Origin: Deltaproteobacteria bacterium
GTDB taxonomy: Bacteria; Desulfobacterota; Binatia; Binatales; Binataceae
NCBI GenBank assembly: GCA_021799495.1
Contig: JAJZAI010000014.1
Coordinates: 8 to 64,007 of the forward strand
Direction of reading: 5' to 3'
DNA length: 64,000 nucleotides
The notes under the pieces were generated by a model, which did no database searches, was not told where the DNA came from, and saw only the letters and a program-made list of their open reading frames with translations. Below, piece after piece: positions 35,543 through 43,773 of this stretch (the stretch's first letter is position 1; each line of letters opens with the position of its first letter). A program made the position numbers and the translations under genes.

Positions 35543-37207
35543 TCAAATTTTGCCGGCGGCCTTCAGCTTTTCGATCTCTTTTTCGCGCAGGTCCCGGCGG
35601 CGGATTTTCCCCGTCACGGTCATCGGAAATTCGTCGATAAACTCGAATTCCCGCGGCGACTCGTGAAACGCGAGCCGCTTTTTCACGTGTTCCTGAATTT
35701 CCCCGATCATTGCCGGCGACGGCTGATGGCCGGGCAGGAGCTTGATAAACGCCTTAATCGCCTGACCGCGTCTTTCATCGGGAATTCCGACCACGGCGCA
35801 CGAGGCCACCGCCGGATGCTCGATGATTTTCGCTTCGACTTCGGCCGGCCCGACGCGATAGCCGGACGTTTTGATCACGTCGTCGTTGCGCCCCTGAAAA
35901 TAGATGTAGCCTTCGTCGTCCATGTGGCCCATGTCGCCGGTGAGGCACCATTCGCCGGCGAACTTCTCGGCCATCGCGGCCGGGTTCTTCCAATACTCCT
36001 TCATCACGACCGGGCTGGTGCGCCGGATTGCGATTTCGCCGGTAGCGCCCGGCTTGACCGGAGCGCCGTCGGCGATAATCGCGACATCGTGGCCGGGAAA
36101 GGCCTTGCCGAGCGGCTCCAGCAGCGGTTTTTCAAGCGCGGAGCAATTGCCGATGAAATAATTGGCTTCGGTCTGGCCAAAGGCCTGATTGAACTGTACC
36201 CGCAACTGCTCGTCCACCCATCGCGCCAGCTCCGGACTGACCGGCTCGGCGCCGCTGACGACGCATCGCAGGCGCAAATTCTTGTACTTCTCGCGCGGAT
36301 TTTTGACCTCGCGCAATCCTTTCAGCACGGTCGGCGGATAAAGTCCGACGGTCGCGCCATATTTCTCCACCAGCGCCAGCATCACCTCGGGATCGAAGCG
36401 CGCCTTGCTGCGATACGCCAGCACGGGAATTCCGTATGGCCAAATCGCGAGCAGGCCGTCGAGCAGGCCGCCCGCCCACGCCCAATCGGCGGGGCTGTAA
36501 TAAAGGTCGCCTTCGCGCAGAAAGTTGTAGGAATAGTCGATACCGTTGTGGCCGAGCACGTAGCGCGCCGCGTGCAGGACGCCCTTGGGATCGCCGGTCG
36601 TGCCAGACGTGTACATCAGCAGGATTGGGTCTTCGGCCTTGCCCGGCTCCATCGTGAAGGAATCCGACGCCTTCGCGATCAGGTCGTCGAAGCCGAGGCC
36701 GCCTTCCTTGCCGCCGGCGATGATGACATGCCGCAGGTCGGGCAATTCGGAACGAATCGGATCGAGTTTGGCGACGCTTTCCGGTTCCAGCATGATCGCC
36801 CGCGCCGTGCTGTTCGTGAGCCGGTAGCGCAGCGCGTCGGGTCCGAAGAGTTTCGAGATCGGAAGCGCGATCGCTCCCAGCCGGTACAGCGCCATGTGCG
36901 CGATCGCCGTCTCCGGCCGCTGCGGCAGATGAAGCGCGACGACGTCGCCGCGCTTGATGCCGAGTCCTTTGAGCGCGTTGGCGAAGCGGCGGCTGAGGTT
37001 GCCGATCTGGCCGAACGTGTAGCGTTCCTCGCGCCCTTCGTCGTCTTCATAAAAGAGGGCGGGTTTGTCGCGCAAATCGGCATGCCGGTCGATGCAATCG
37101 ATCGCGACATTGTAATCGGCGGGAATTCGCCATTGATGCCGCGCGCGCGCGTCCGCGATCGATTTCGCGTCTTTCACCGTCTGTTCCCGAAGTCCAATCA
37201 GAGCCAT
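35543..37207 (-). CDS. AMP-forming acyl-CoA synthetase / ligase (ANL superfamily)
   Basis: 554-aa ORF with the AMP-binding motif YTSGTTGDPKGV, then TGDMGHMDDEGYIYFQGRNDDVIKTSGYRVGPAEVE and the terminal GKIRRR. Confidence 0.92.
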   Translation of the reverse strand: MALIGLREQTVKDAKSIADARARHQWRIPADYNVAIDCIDRHADLRDKPALFYEDDEGREERYTFGQIGNLSRRFANALKGLGIKRGDVVALHLPQRPETAIAHMALYRLGAIALPISKLFGPDALRYRLTNSTARAIMLEPESVAKLDPIRSELPDLRHVIIAGGKEGGLGFDDLIAKASDSFTMEPGKAEDPILLMYTSGTTGDPKGVLHAARYVLGHNGIDYSYNFLREGDLYYSPADWAWAGGLLDGLLAIWPYGIPVLAYRSKARFDPEVMLALVEKYGATVGLYPPTVLKGLREVKNPREKYKNLRLRCVVSGAEPVSPELARWVDEQLRVQFNQAFGQTEANYFIGNCSALEKPLLEPLGKAFPGHDVAIIADGAPVKPGATGEIAIRRTSPVVMKEYWKNPAAMAEKFAGEWCLTGDMGHMDDEGYIYFQGRNDDVIKTSGYRVGPAEVEAKIIEHPAVASCAVVGIPDERRGQAIKAFIKLLPGHQPSPAMIGEIQEHVKKRLAFHESPREFEFIDEFPMTVTGKIRRRDLREKEIEKLKAAGKI

Positions 37208-37381
37208 AACGCCTCCGTATCACGCGGCTGCCGATCCGGGATCGGCTTGCGCCGACCATCGTGATTCATCCGGACTCTTTCCTTGACGCCGGATGATTGA
37301 TTAATTTCTCGCCCATAGGCTTCGGTTCGGCAAGAGGCGCGCGGCGGCTACCGGCCGCGCGTCAGGCGGCGGGAGCGCATT

Positions 37382-38089
37382 ATGGCCAAGATTCTCGTCC
37401 TGCAGCACCATCCGGCGGAAAACCTCGGCGCAATCGCCGATGCGCTCGAGGAGGCTGCGCTCGCGTGGCAATACGTCCGCGTATTCGATGGCGCGCCGAT
37501 TCCGAAGGACCTGCGCGGCGCCGGCGGGCTGATCGTGATGGGCGGGCCGGAGAGCGTCTATCAGCTCGATCGCTTTCCCTACCTGCGCGACGAAATCGCT
37601 TTAATCGAAAATGCTTTGGCGGCGGCAAAACCGATTCTCGGCGTGTGCCTCGGCAGCCAGTTGCTCGCCGCCGCGCTCGGCGCCGAAGTGCGGCGCGGAG
37701 ATCAGCGCGAAATCGGATGGTTTCCGGTGCGGCTTGGCGACGAAGCCGCGGACGACCGGCTGTTTCGCGGGATGCCGCGCGAGTTCGTCGCGGCGCACTG
37801 GCATAGCGACGTATTCGATCTGCCGCGCGGCGCGACCGCGCTCGCATCGTCGGAACGCACGCCGGTGCAGGCCTATCGCTTCGGCGATAAAGCTTACGGA
37901 CTTCTCTTCCACGCCGAGATGACGCGGGAGATTCTCGCCGCGCTGGTCGCGGAGTTCGGCGCCGGCCTTAAGCGGATCGGTCTCGACGGCGACGGAATCA
38001 TGCTCGATGCGGAGCGGCATCTGCCGGCGCTGGGCCGAATCGGTGCGACGATCTTTTCGCGCTGGGCCGGGCCGATTCAGGGAACCTGA
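37382..38089 (+). CDS. Class I glutamine amidotransferase-like protein (GATase1)
   Basis: 235-aa ORF with ILVLQHHPAENLG, the nucleophile elbow ILGVCLGSQLL, and the HWH/HAE region. Confidence 0.85.
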   Translation: MAKILVLQHHPAENLGAIADALEEAALAWQYVRVFDGAPIPKDLRGAGGLIVMGGPESVYQLDRFPYLRDEIALIENALAAAKPILGVCLGSQLLAAALGAEVRRGDQREIGWFPVRLGDEAADDRLFRGMPREFVAAHWHSDVFDLPRGATALASSERTPVQAYRFGDKAYGLLFHAEMTREILAALVAEFGAGLKRIGLDGDGIMLDAERHLPALGRIGATIFSRWAGPIQGT

Positions 38090-38194
38090 CGGCGCCGCGG
38101 AGCGAAAGCCTGCCCGGTGTTCCGCGCAGGGAATCCCGGGATTCTTCGCCGCGCCTCTCCCTGGGCGTGCGTATTGGCGAGTTCCTCTGAATAG

Positions 38195-38257
38195 TCGTGC
38201 CCGGACTTGCCCCGGGCATCCATGGATATGGATTCGCGGGTCAAGCCCGCGAATGAC
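38195..38257. repeat. REP-like GC-rich hairpin pair (module I + module II), locus A
   Basis: Module I is GTCGTGCCCGGACTTGCCCCGGGCATCCAT (stem TGCCCGG/CCGGGCA). Module II is GGATTCGCGGGTCAAGCCCGCGAATGAC (perfect 9-bp stem ATTCGCGGG/CCCGCGAAT). Both modules recur at 40899-41059. Confidence 0.85.
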
Positions 38258-38306
38258 GTTGTGGGCGTCACGCCAGCCGGCGGCCGTTATCGAGGCTTGC
38301 GGCGGA

Positions 38307-38504
38307 TTATTTGTCTTCGATCAGCGAGATCGCGTGCTTGGGGCAGACTTTGATCGCGCGCAGTACGCGTTCGCGCGCCGATTCGGGCGGATGTTCGTTG
38401 AGGACGTAGAGATTGTCGTCGTCGCGCACTTCAAAAACGTCCGGCGCTGCTTCCATGCAGCGCGCGTTGCTTTCGCAAAGATCGTAATCGACGACAATCT
38501 TCAT
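38307..38504 (-). CDS. Small ferredoxin (single Fe-S cluster, Fer4_13/15-like)
   Basis: Internal ATG 38504 of ORF 38307..38561 (MKIVVDYDLCESNARCMEAAPDVFEV...VCPKHAISL). The CxxxxxC...CP pattern is that of the small 3Fe-4S/4Fe-4S ferredoxins often paired with P450s. Confidence 0.85.
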   Translation of the reverse strand: MKIVVDYDLCESNARCMEAAPDVFEVRDDDNLYVLNEHPPESARERVLRAIKVCPKHAISLIEDK

Positions 38505-38557
38505 CGCGGTTTCTCCCGCAGCCGAGTCTCGACAAATTCTAGGCGATAGAACCGGCG

Positions 38558-39220
38558 TCATCCAGCGCCGACCACGCCGCGCGCAACCGTGAGAGTCAAA
38601 CGTGGCCGCGCCAGCGCCTGTTCATGCGCCAGGAGCCGCCGCTTGATTTCGACGCCCCATCGATAGCCCGTCAGCGCGCCGCCGCCGCCGCCGATCGCAC
38701 GATGGCACGGGATGAGAATCGCAAGCGGATTCGATCCGTTTGCGTGGCCCACGGCGCGCGCCGCGTTCGGTTTGCCGATTCGTTGCGCAATCTCTCCGTA
38801 AGAACGGGTCTGCCCGCGCGGAATCGAGCAGAGCTCGCGCCATACGGAGAGCTGGAATGGCGTCGCCGGGAGGTCCAGCGCGAATTCGACCGATTCGTTC
38901 TCATAACGCGCGAAATCGGCCACGCGACGTGCGGCGCCGGCCGCCGCCGGATCTTCGCCAATCGCTTCGGCTTTGAGAAAATCCGCGCGCAGCGCGCGTT
39001 GCAATCGTTCCGCGGATTCTTCGACGCCGACCCAGCAGAGTCCATGAGCCGTTTTCGCCGTGAGAATCACGCCGAATTTCGATGCGGCGATTCCGTATCC
39101 GATGCGCGCGCCGCGCCCGCCCGCGCCGTAGGTCGCGCCGGCAATTTCCAGCGTGGCGGTTCCATCCGGCTGAAAGCGCAAACTTCCCATTCCCACTTCT
39201 TTGGCCGCGGTTGCGTTCAT
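38558..39220 (-). CDS. ogt: Methylated-DNA-protein-cysteine S-methyltransferase
   Basis: 220-aa ORF with active site LILIPCHRAI (PCHR) and a helix-turn-wing (TRSYGEIAQRIGKPNAARAVGHANGSNP). The start could instead be M11. Confidence 0.9.
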   Translation of the reverse strand: MNATAAKEVGMGSLRFQPDGTATLEIAGATYGAGGRGARIGYGIAASKFGVILTAKTAHGLCWVGVEESAERLQRALRADFLKAEAIGEDPAAAGAARRVADFARYENESVEFALDLPATPFQLSVWRELCSIPRGQTRSYGEIAQRIGKPNAARAVGHANGSNPLAILIPCHRAIGGGGGALTGYRWGVEIKRRLLAHEQALARPRLTLTVARGVVGAG

Positions 39221-39284
39221 GACCAGGATAACCCCGCGTCATGCAGGGCGTGAAATTCCCGTCGAAGCCATCGCCAGCGAGGAA

Positions 39285-39402
39285 TCAGCCCTTGGGCAGA
39301 TTGCGCACGCGCTCGCCGATAATGTTGTGCTGGATCTCGCTCGATCCATCCGCGCAGCCGCGCGCGAATCGCCTCTTCTTCCGCCGAAAATCTGAAATCC
39401 AT
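39285..39402 (-). pseudogene. Deletion scar of an acyl-CoA dehydrogenase gene (N-terminal ~19 codons joined out of frame to the last ~20 codons)
   Basis: The minus strand reads ATG-MDFRFSAEEEAIRARLRGW (a typical ACAD start). Shifting one nt at ~39345 gives DGSSEIQHNIIGERVRNLPKG-TGA, the conserved ACAD C-terminal GG(T/S)SEIQRNII..LGLP motif plus a stop at 39285. Confidence 0.65.
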
Positions 39403-39622
39403 TCGCCCAGTCTCCGCCGGCTCGTCGCCGCCAACCGCGGTTTCGATAACATCGCCGCGCGACGCGGCGCAAACGCGCGGAAGCGCGATAGTTCCAGCGG
39501 CGGTAACTCTTTGCTGGTAGGCGCGAGCGTTTGCTATATGATTGGCTCGCTCTTGGTCGCGCCGAAATATCGCAAATCGGCGCGCTGCGAATTTCTTATG
39601 TAAATCGGCGGGTTAGAGACAG

Positions 39623-40867
39623 ATGGCGTTCAAAAATATCCAGGTTCCCAAAGACGGAGAGAAGATCCGGCTGGCCGGCGGCAAGCTACACGTACCCGAT
39701 CGTCCGATCATTCCCTTTATCGAGGGCGACGGCACCGGTCCCGATATCTGGCGCGCGTCGCAGTATGTTTTCGACAACGCCGTCGCCAGGGTTTATGGCG
39801 GCAAGCGCAAAATCGCCTGGATGGAAGTTTTCGCGGGAGAAAAGCCGTTCAAACTTTGGAACACATGGCTGCCCGATGAAACCGTCGAAGCGTTCAGCGA
39901 ATACCTCGTCGGCATCAAGGGACCGCTGACGACTCCGGTCGGCGGCGGCATCCGTTCGCTCAACGTCGCGCTCCGCCAGTTGCTCGATCTCTACGTATGT
40001 CTGCGGCCGGTGCGCTACTTCAACGGCGTACCAAGCCCGGTCAAGCATCCCGAGAAGCTCGACGTCGTCATCTTCCGCGAAAACACCGAAGACATCTACG
40101 CGGGCATCGAATGGCCGGCTGAATCGCCCGAAGCGAAGAAGGTCATCAAATTCCTGCGGGAAGAGATGGGCGTGACCAAGATCCGCTTCCCCGAGACCTC
40201 GGGCATCGGTATCAAGCCGGTCTCGCGCGAAGGCTCGGAACGGCTGATCCGCGCCGCGATCAATTACGCGATCTCGCACAAGCGCAAGAGCGTGACCTTC
40301 GTCCACAAGGGCAACATCATGAAGTTCACCGAGGGCGCTTTCCGCGATTGGGGTTACGAGCTGACCCGGCGCGAATACAAGGGCAAGGCGATTGGGTGGG
40401 ACGATTGCGGCGGCAATCCGCCGGCCGGACAAATTCTGGTCAAGGATGCGATCGCCGATATCACCCTGCAGCAGGTGCTGACGCGGCCTGACGAATTCGA
40501 CGTGGTCGCGACGACGAATCTCAATGGCGACTATCTGTCCGACGCGCTCGCGGCGCAGGTCGGCGGCATCGGGATCGCGCCCGGCGCCAATATCAACTAC
40601 GTCACCGGCCACGCGATCTTCGAGGCGACCCACGGCACCGCGCCGAAGTACGCCGATCAGGACAAGGTCAACCCTGGCTCGGTGATCCTGTCCGGCGTCC
40701 TGATGTTCGAGCATATGGGATGGCAGGAGGTCGCCGACGCGATTATTCGCGGAATTGAGAAGACGATCGCGAACAAGACCGTCACTTACGATTTCGAGCG
40801 CCTGATGCCCGGCGCGAAGCTGCTCAAGTGCTCGGAATTCGGCAAGGCGATCGTCGAGAATATCTAG
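39623..40867 (+). CDS. icd: NADP-dependent isocitrate dehydrogenase (homodimeric prokaryotic type)
   Basis: 414-aa ORF with [44 protein letters not shown] and THGTAPKYA. Confidence 0.95.
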   Translation: MAFKNIQVPKDGEKIRLAGGKLHVPDRPIIPFIEGDGTGPDIWRASQYVFDNAVARVYGGKRKIAWMEVFAGEKPFKLWNTWLPDETVEAFSEYLVGIKGPLTTPVGGGIRSLNVALRQLLDLYVCLRPVRYFNGVPSPVKHPEKLDVVIFRENTEDIYAGIEWPAESPEAKKVIKFLREEMGVTKIRFPETSGIGIKPVSREGSERLIRAAINYAISHKRKSVTFVHKGNIMKFTEGAFRDWGYELTRREYKGKAIGWDDCGGNPPAGQILVKDAIADITLQQVLTRPDEFDVVATTNLNGDYLSDALAAQVGGIGIAPGANINYVTGHAIFEATHGTAPKYADQDKVNPGSVILSGVLMFEHMGWQEVADAIIRGIEKTIANKTVTYDFERLMPGAKLLKCSEFGKAIVENI

Positions 40868-40898
40868 CGTCGCGTCACGGAAATAACATCAGGGGGAT

Positions 40899-41059
40899 GG
40901 ATTGCCGGGTCCGTGCCCGGCAATGACCGTAAAGGCGCGGCGGCCTCGTTATCCGGGACGGACTGGATAATCACAAAGCGGAACGTCATGCCCGGACCTG
41001 ATCCGGGCATCCATAACCACGCGCGCGCGTGGATTGTCGGGTCCGGGCCCGGCAATGAC
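40899..41059. repeat. REP-like GC-rich hairpin cluster (module II - module I - module II), locus B
   Basis: Three elements. GGATTGCCGGGTCCGTGCCCGGCAATGAC is at 40899-40927. GTCATGCCCGGACCTGATCCGGGCATCCAT is at 40985-41014, with a perfect 9-bp stem. GGATTGTCGGGTCCGGGCCCGGCAATGAC is at 41031-41059. They match the modules at 38195-38257. Confidence 0.85.
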
Positions 41060-41085
41060 GGCCAAGCGACGCCGTCTGTGCGGCC

Positions 41086-41604
41086 TCAATGCGTGCGCAT
41101 CTTCAGCCGGTCTTTCTGCGCCCATCCCTCTTTCAGCGGCACCATGAAATAGGGAACCAGATTCATCCGTTTGAATTTCCACTGGCCGTTCTGCCGCACG
41201 TACTCGTCGTCGTAACGGGCGGCGACCAAAAACGCCTCGCCGTTATAGATCGGTTTCGCTTCGAGGTAGGCGAAGCCCGAACCGCTGTCGCCATTCAGAT
41301 TGATCGTGTGGTTATGGATGAACTGTTTCACCCACGTGATGCGCGGCTGGTCGTCGCGGACGCCCGGCGGCCGTTCGCCCAGTCCGCCGAAGAAGCGCGC
41401 GATTTCGGCGTGGCCCTTGGCTTTGCCCAGATGGGCGAAATCGAGATCGCCGTCGGCGGTGAAAAGTTGCGGAATCTCGCTGAATTTTCCTTCGTTTACA
41501 TATTCGTGATACTTATAGCGCAGGTCGCGAATCGCCTCGCGATCGGTAAGCTCTTGAACCTTCGCTTCGAGTTCTTTGACGCGCGTCTCCAAATCGGCCG
41601 CCAT
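41086..41604 (-). CDS. NTF2-fold / SnoaL-like family protein
   Basis: 172-aa ORF with an N-terminal coiled segment, then REAIRDLRYKYHEYVNEGKFSEIPQLFTADGDLDF...NGQWKFKRMNL, typical of SnoaL_4-type proteins. Confidence 0.7.
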   Translation of the reverse strand: MAADLETRVKELEAKVQELTDREAIRDLRYKYHEYVNEGKFSEIPQLFTADGDLDFAHLGKAKGHAEIARFFGGLGERPPGVRDDQPRITWVKQFIHNHTINLNGDSGSGFAYLEAKPIYNGEAFLVAARYDDEYVRQNGQWKFKRMNLVPYFMVPLKEGWAQKDRLKMRTH

Positions 41605-41753
41605 CTTGGATTTTCCTCCTTTGTCCGCGATTCGCCCTAACTAGCACGCCCGCCACCAATCGCCAAAACGGCCCAGCCGAGGCATCGCAGATTGACGCTC
41701 GGCGCTCCGGCGAGGCACGCTGCCGCACGAACCCACAGCTGGGCGAGGTCGCG

Positions 41754-42043
41754 ATGAACACGCTGATTGCAACCGACGCCGAACAGAGGCTAATCGAGGC
41801 GGCGCGCGACGGCCTTCCCGCCGACCTGAGATCGGCAAACACCGACAACGATCCCGCGAACGGTGCCGAATGGGGTCCGGAGCGCACGATTCGCGCCGAG
41901 GTTATCCATGCGCTCGCCACCGGCGCGCGTGATGATTGGCCGGTCCATTCGAAGGGGATTCAGTTGTTTGGCACGCGCAAACTGATAACTTGCGCATATC
42001 AAGAAATTATTTACCACGAGCCGTTGCAGAAAGCTTGCCGACC
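41754..42043 (+). pseudogene. N-terminal fragment of a membrane-associated pentapeptide-repeat-type protein family, fused in frame to the following TPR ORF in the track
   Basis: The first ~75-95 aa of track ORF 41754..43001 read EQRLIEAARDGLPADLRS...DPANGAEWGPERTIRAEVIHALATG...VHSKGIQLFGTRK. From memory, this matches the N-terminus of a family whose members continue with pentapeptide repeats and end in a GYGY membrane module. The repeats are absent here. Confidence 0.45.
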
Positions 42044-42062
42044 ATCGGCAAAGAGAGGCGCG

Positions 42063-43001
42063 ATGGAGAAAAGCGACGTGGACGAGGAAATCGAGCTTGG
42101 AGTCGAAGCACTCCATAAAGGCAACATCGACGACGCCCGCACGATTTTTCTAAGAATTCTTCGGAAGGACCACGAAAATCCAGACGGCCACCACCATCTG
42201 GGTCTGATTGCAATGAGCTACGGTGACCTAGGAGAGGCCGAGCGGAGATTTCGGTCAGCGATCCAGGCGTGCGATGCGCGATCGACCAATGACGACATAG
42301 CTGGTGGGTTCATAATGCGGGCGAAAGCGCGCTCTCTCCACTCCCTAGCATTGGTCATGCGCTCTCTAGAACGGAGATCGGAAGCCATACTCCTGTTGGA
42401 GGAACTACTCCGAATTGATGAACGAGACGGTTTGGGAGGCCGGTATATTCTCGCAGAGGAGTACCATCGCCAAGGAAAGATTAGCCGGGCCGTGCGCATG
42501 TACCGAGACCAGATGGAAGACCCTGGCTCGCGTTTCCTTCTTGCCTTGGCGCTTATTCAGAGGAAGGCCGCACCTGCGGAAATTGGTCGCGCGCTGCTCC
42601 GCGCGTTTGAGAGAAATCGATATTTTGCACCGATTCTTCTGGGAGACCGTTGCCCTGAACTAGACGGGCACCTGGACAACAGAGAAAGCCTGAAGTGGGC
42701 GACCGACTGCGTGGCGTCAACGTTGGACTTATGGAAGAAGACAGATTGGGCGTTGCCGACGATGAAGCAGTGGTGGAGTCATGCCAGAGTCGTCGAATGG
42801 CGAAACATGCTCGACAGGATAACGCGCATGTATGTGAACGTCAAAGAGCTTGAGACTAGGGCGGCTCAGCACGACGGGCGCGCGATCATGATTCCAAAGG
42901 AATCCATTGAAATCCGAGGAACGTTCGGTGAGTTGAGGGATATTCTTGTCTCAGACGAATTTTTAGGCCTCGTGGTTCGCGCAGTTTTAGGAATAGTCTA
43001 A
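42063..43001 (+). CDS. TPR-like repeat protein of unknown function (312 aa), lower-GC cassette
   Basis: ATG 42063 is preceded by AAGAGAGG. It has TPR-like helices (GVEALHKGNIDDARTIFLRILRKDHENPDGHHHLGLIAMSYGDLGEAERRFRSAI). Hand counts of lines 42121, 42181 and 42361 give 29/60, 36/60 and 30/60 G+C. Confidence 0.6.
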   Translation: MEKSDVDEEIELGVEALHKGNIDDARTIFLRILRKDHENPDGHHHLGLIAMSYGDLGEAERRFRSAIQACDARSTNDDIAGGFIMRAKARSLHSLALVMRSLERRSEAILLLEELLRIDERDGLGGRYILAEEYHRQGKISRAVRMYRDQMEDPGSRFLLALALIQRKAAPAEIGRALLRAFERNRYFAPILLGDRCPELDGHLDNRESLKWATDCVASTLDLWKKTDWALPTMKQWWSHARVVEWRNMLDRITRMYVNVKELETRAAQHDGRAIMIPKESIEIRGTFGELRDILVSDEFLGLVVRAVLGIV

Positions 43002-43020
43002 AGGCCTCCTCGATTCGCCC

Positions 43021-43581
43021 GATTGGCGCTTCAAGCTTGACGGCCTGCGCGTCTCGGGGGACGAGCGCGGCGCCATCGAAGTTTACCTCGCCAAGCGCCG
43101 GGCGATTCGGAAACAGGGGCAAATGAGTTGTCCAGCGCGCGCGTGGGATTGGATTCTCGATAGCGCCGTTGGCTACGGCTACGGGGTCTGGAAAACGGTT
43201 TTTTTGTGGTCCCCGGCCATTGTAGTTGTCGGCGCAATCTTGTTTGGGTTTTGGTTCCCGTTCAAACAGACGCCACAAACAATCATCGCCTCGCCGCAGA
43301 GAGCCACGGTGGCGACGGCAAGTGCTGCCGTCCAGACGAAACCGCCTGCGCATCCGGTTCGTGAATGCGCCGGCCATGCGCTTCATTCGTTTTTCTATTC
43401 GCTCGAAGTTTTCCTGCCCTTTGACGGAACGCCGTGGCGATCGAGCCAACCGCTTCGACCACGATACACCGGCGATTTGTGGTTTTATCTGATCGAAACA
43501 TGCTGCGTAATTGAAGAGCTGCTCGGCTGGCTGGCCGCAGGCCTGATTGCCGCCGCCGCCGCGGGCGTGATCCAGAAATAA
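43021..43581 (+). pseudogene. C-terminal fragment (GYGY membrane module) of the same membrane-protein family as 41754-42043
   Basis: The frame is open from 42997. It reads DWRFKLDGLRVSGDERGAIEVYLAKRRAIRKQGQMSCPARAWDWILDSAVGYGYGVWKTVFLW..., then TM helices and FFYSLEVFLPF. An ATG-initiated ORF (43123..43581) could still be expressed. Its frame differs from that of the N-terminal fragment. Confidence 0.45.
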
Positions 43582-43773
43582 TGGAGCGCGCAGCGGGTCG
43601 GCTTCACTTCGGGGCGCGGGGTTGCTATTAAAACGTGATCCTGCGCGCGGCCCCGTCCGCTTGCGGAGTCGCGGCCGCGATGGGATGTTTGGTTATCAGG
43701 AATAGCGAAATCATTCAGGCGCGAATATAAGCGCGGCTCACGCCGCGCGGCGCCGGAAAACCCGGTTGGAACA

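Noticed and set aside
40864-41182. Small ORFs inside the REP clusters: 40864..41055, 40913..41152, 40949..41182, and 38077..38271 at the other locus.
   Set aside because: They are read-through translations of the palindromic repeat modules. The same Pro/Gly/Asp-rich peptides appear on both strands, and they have no RBS or independent coding evidence.
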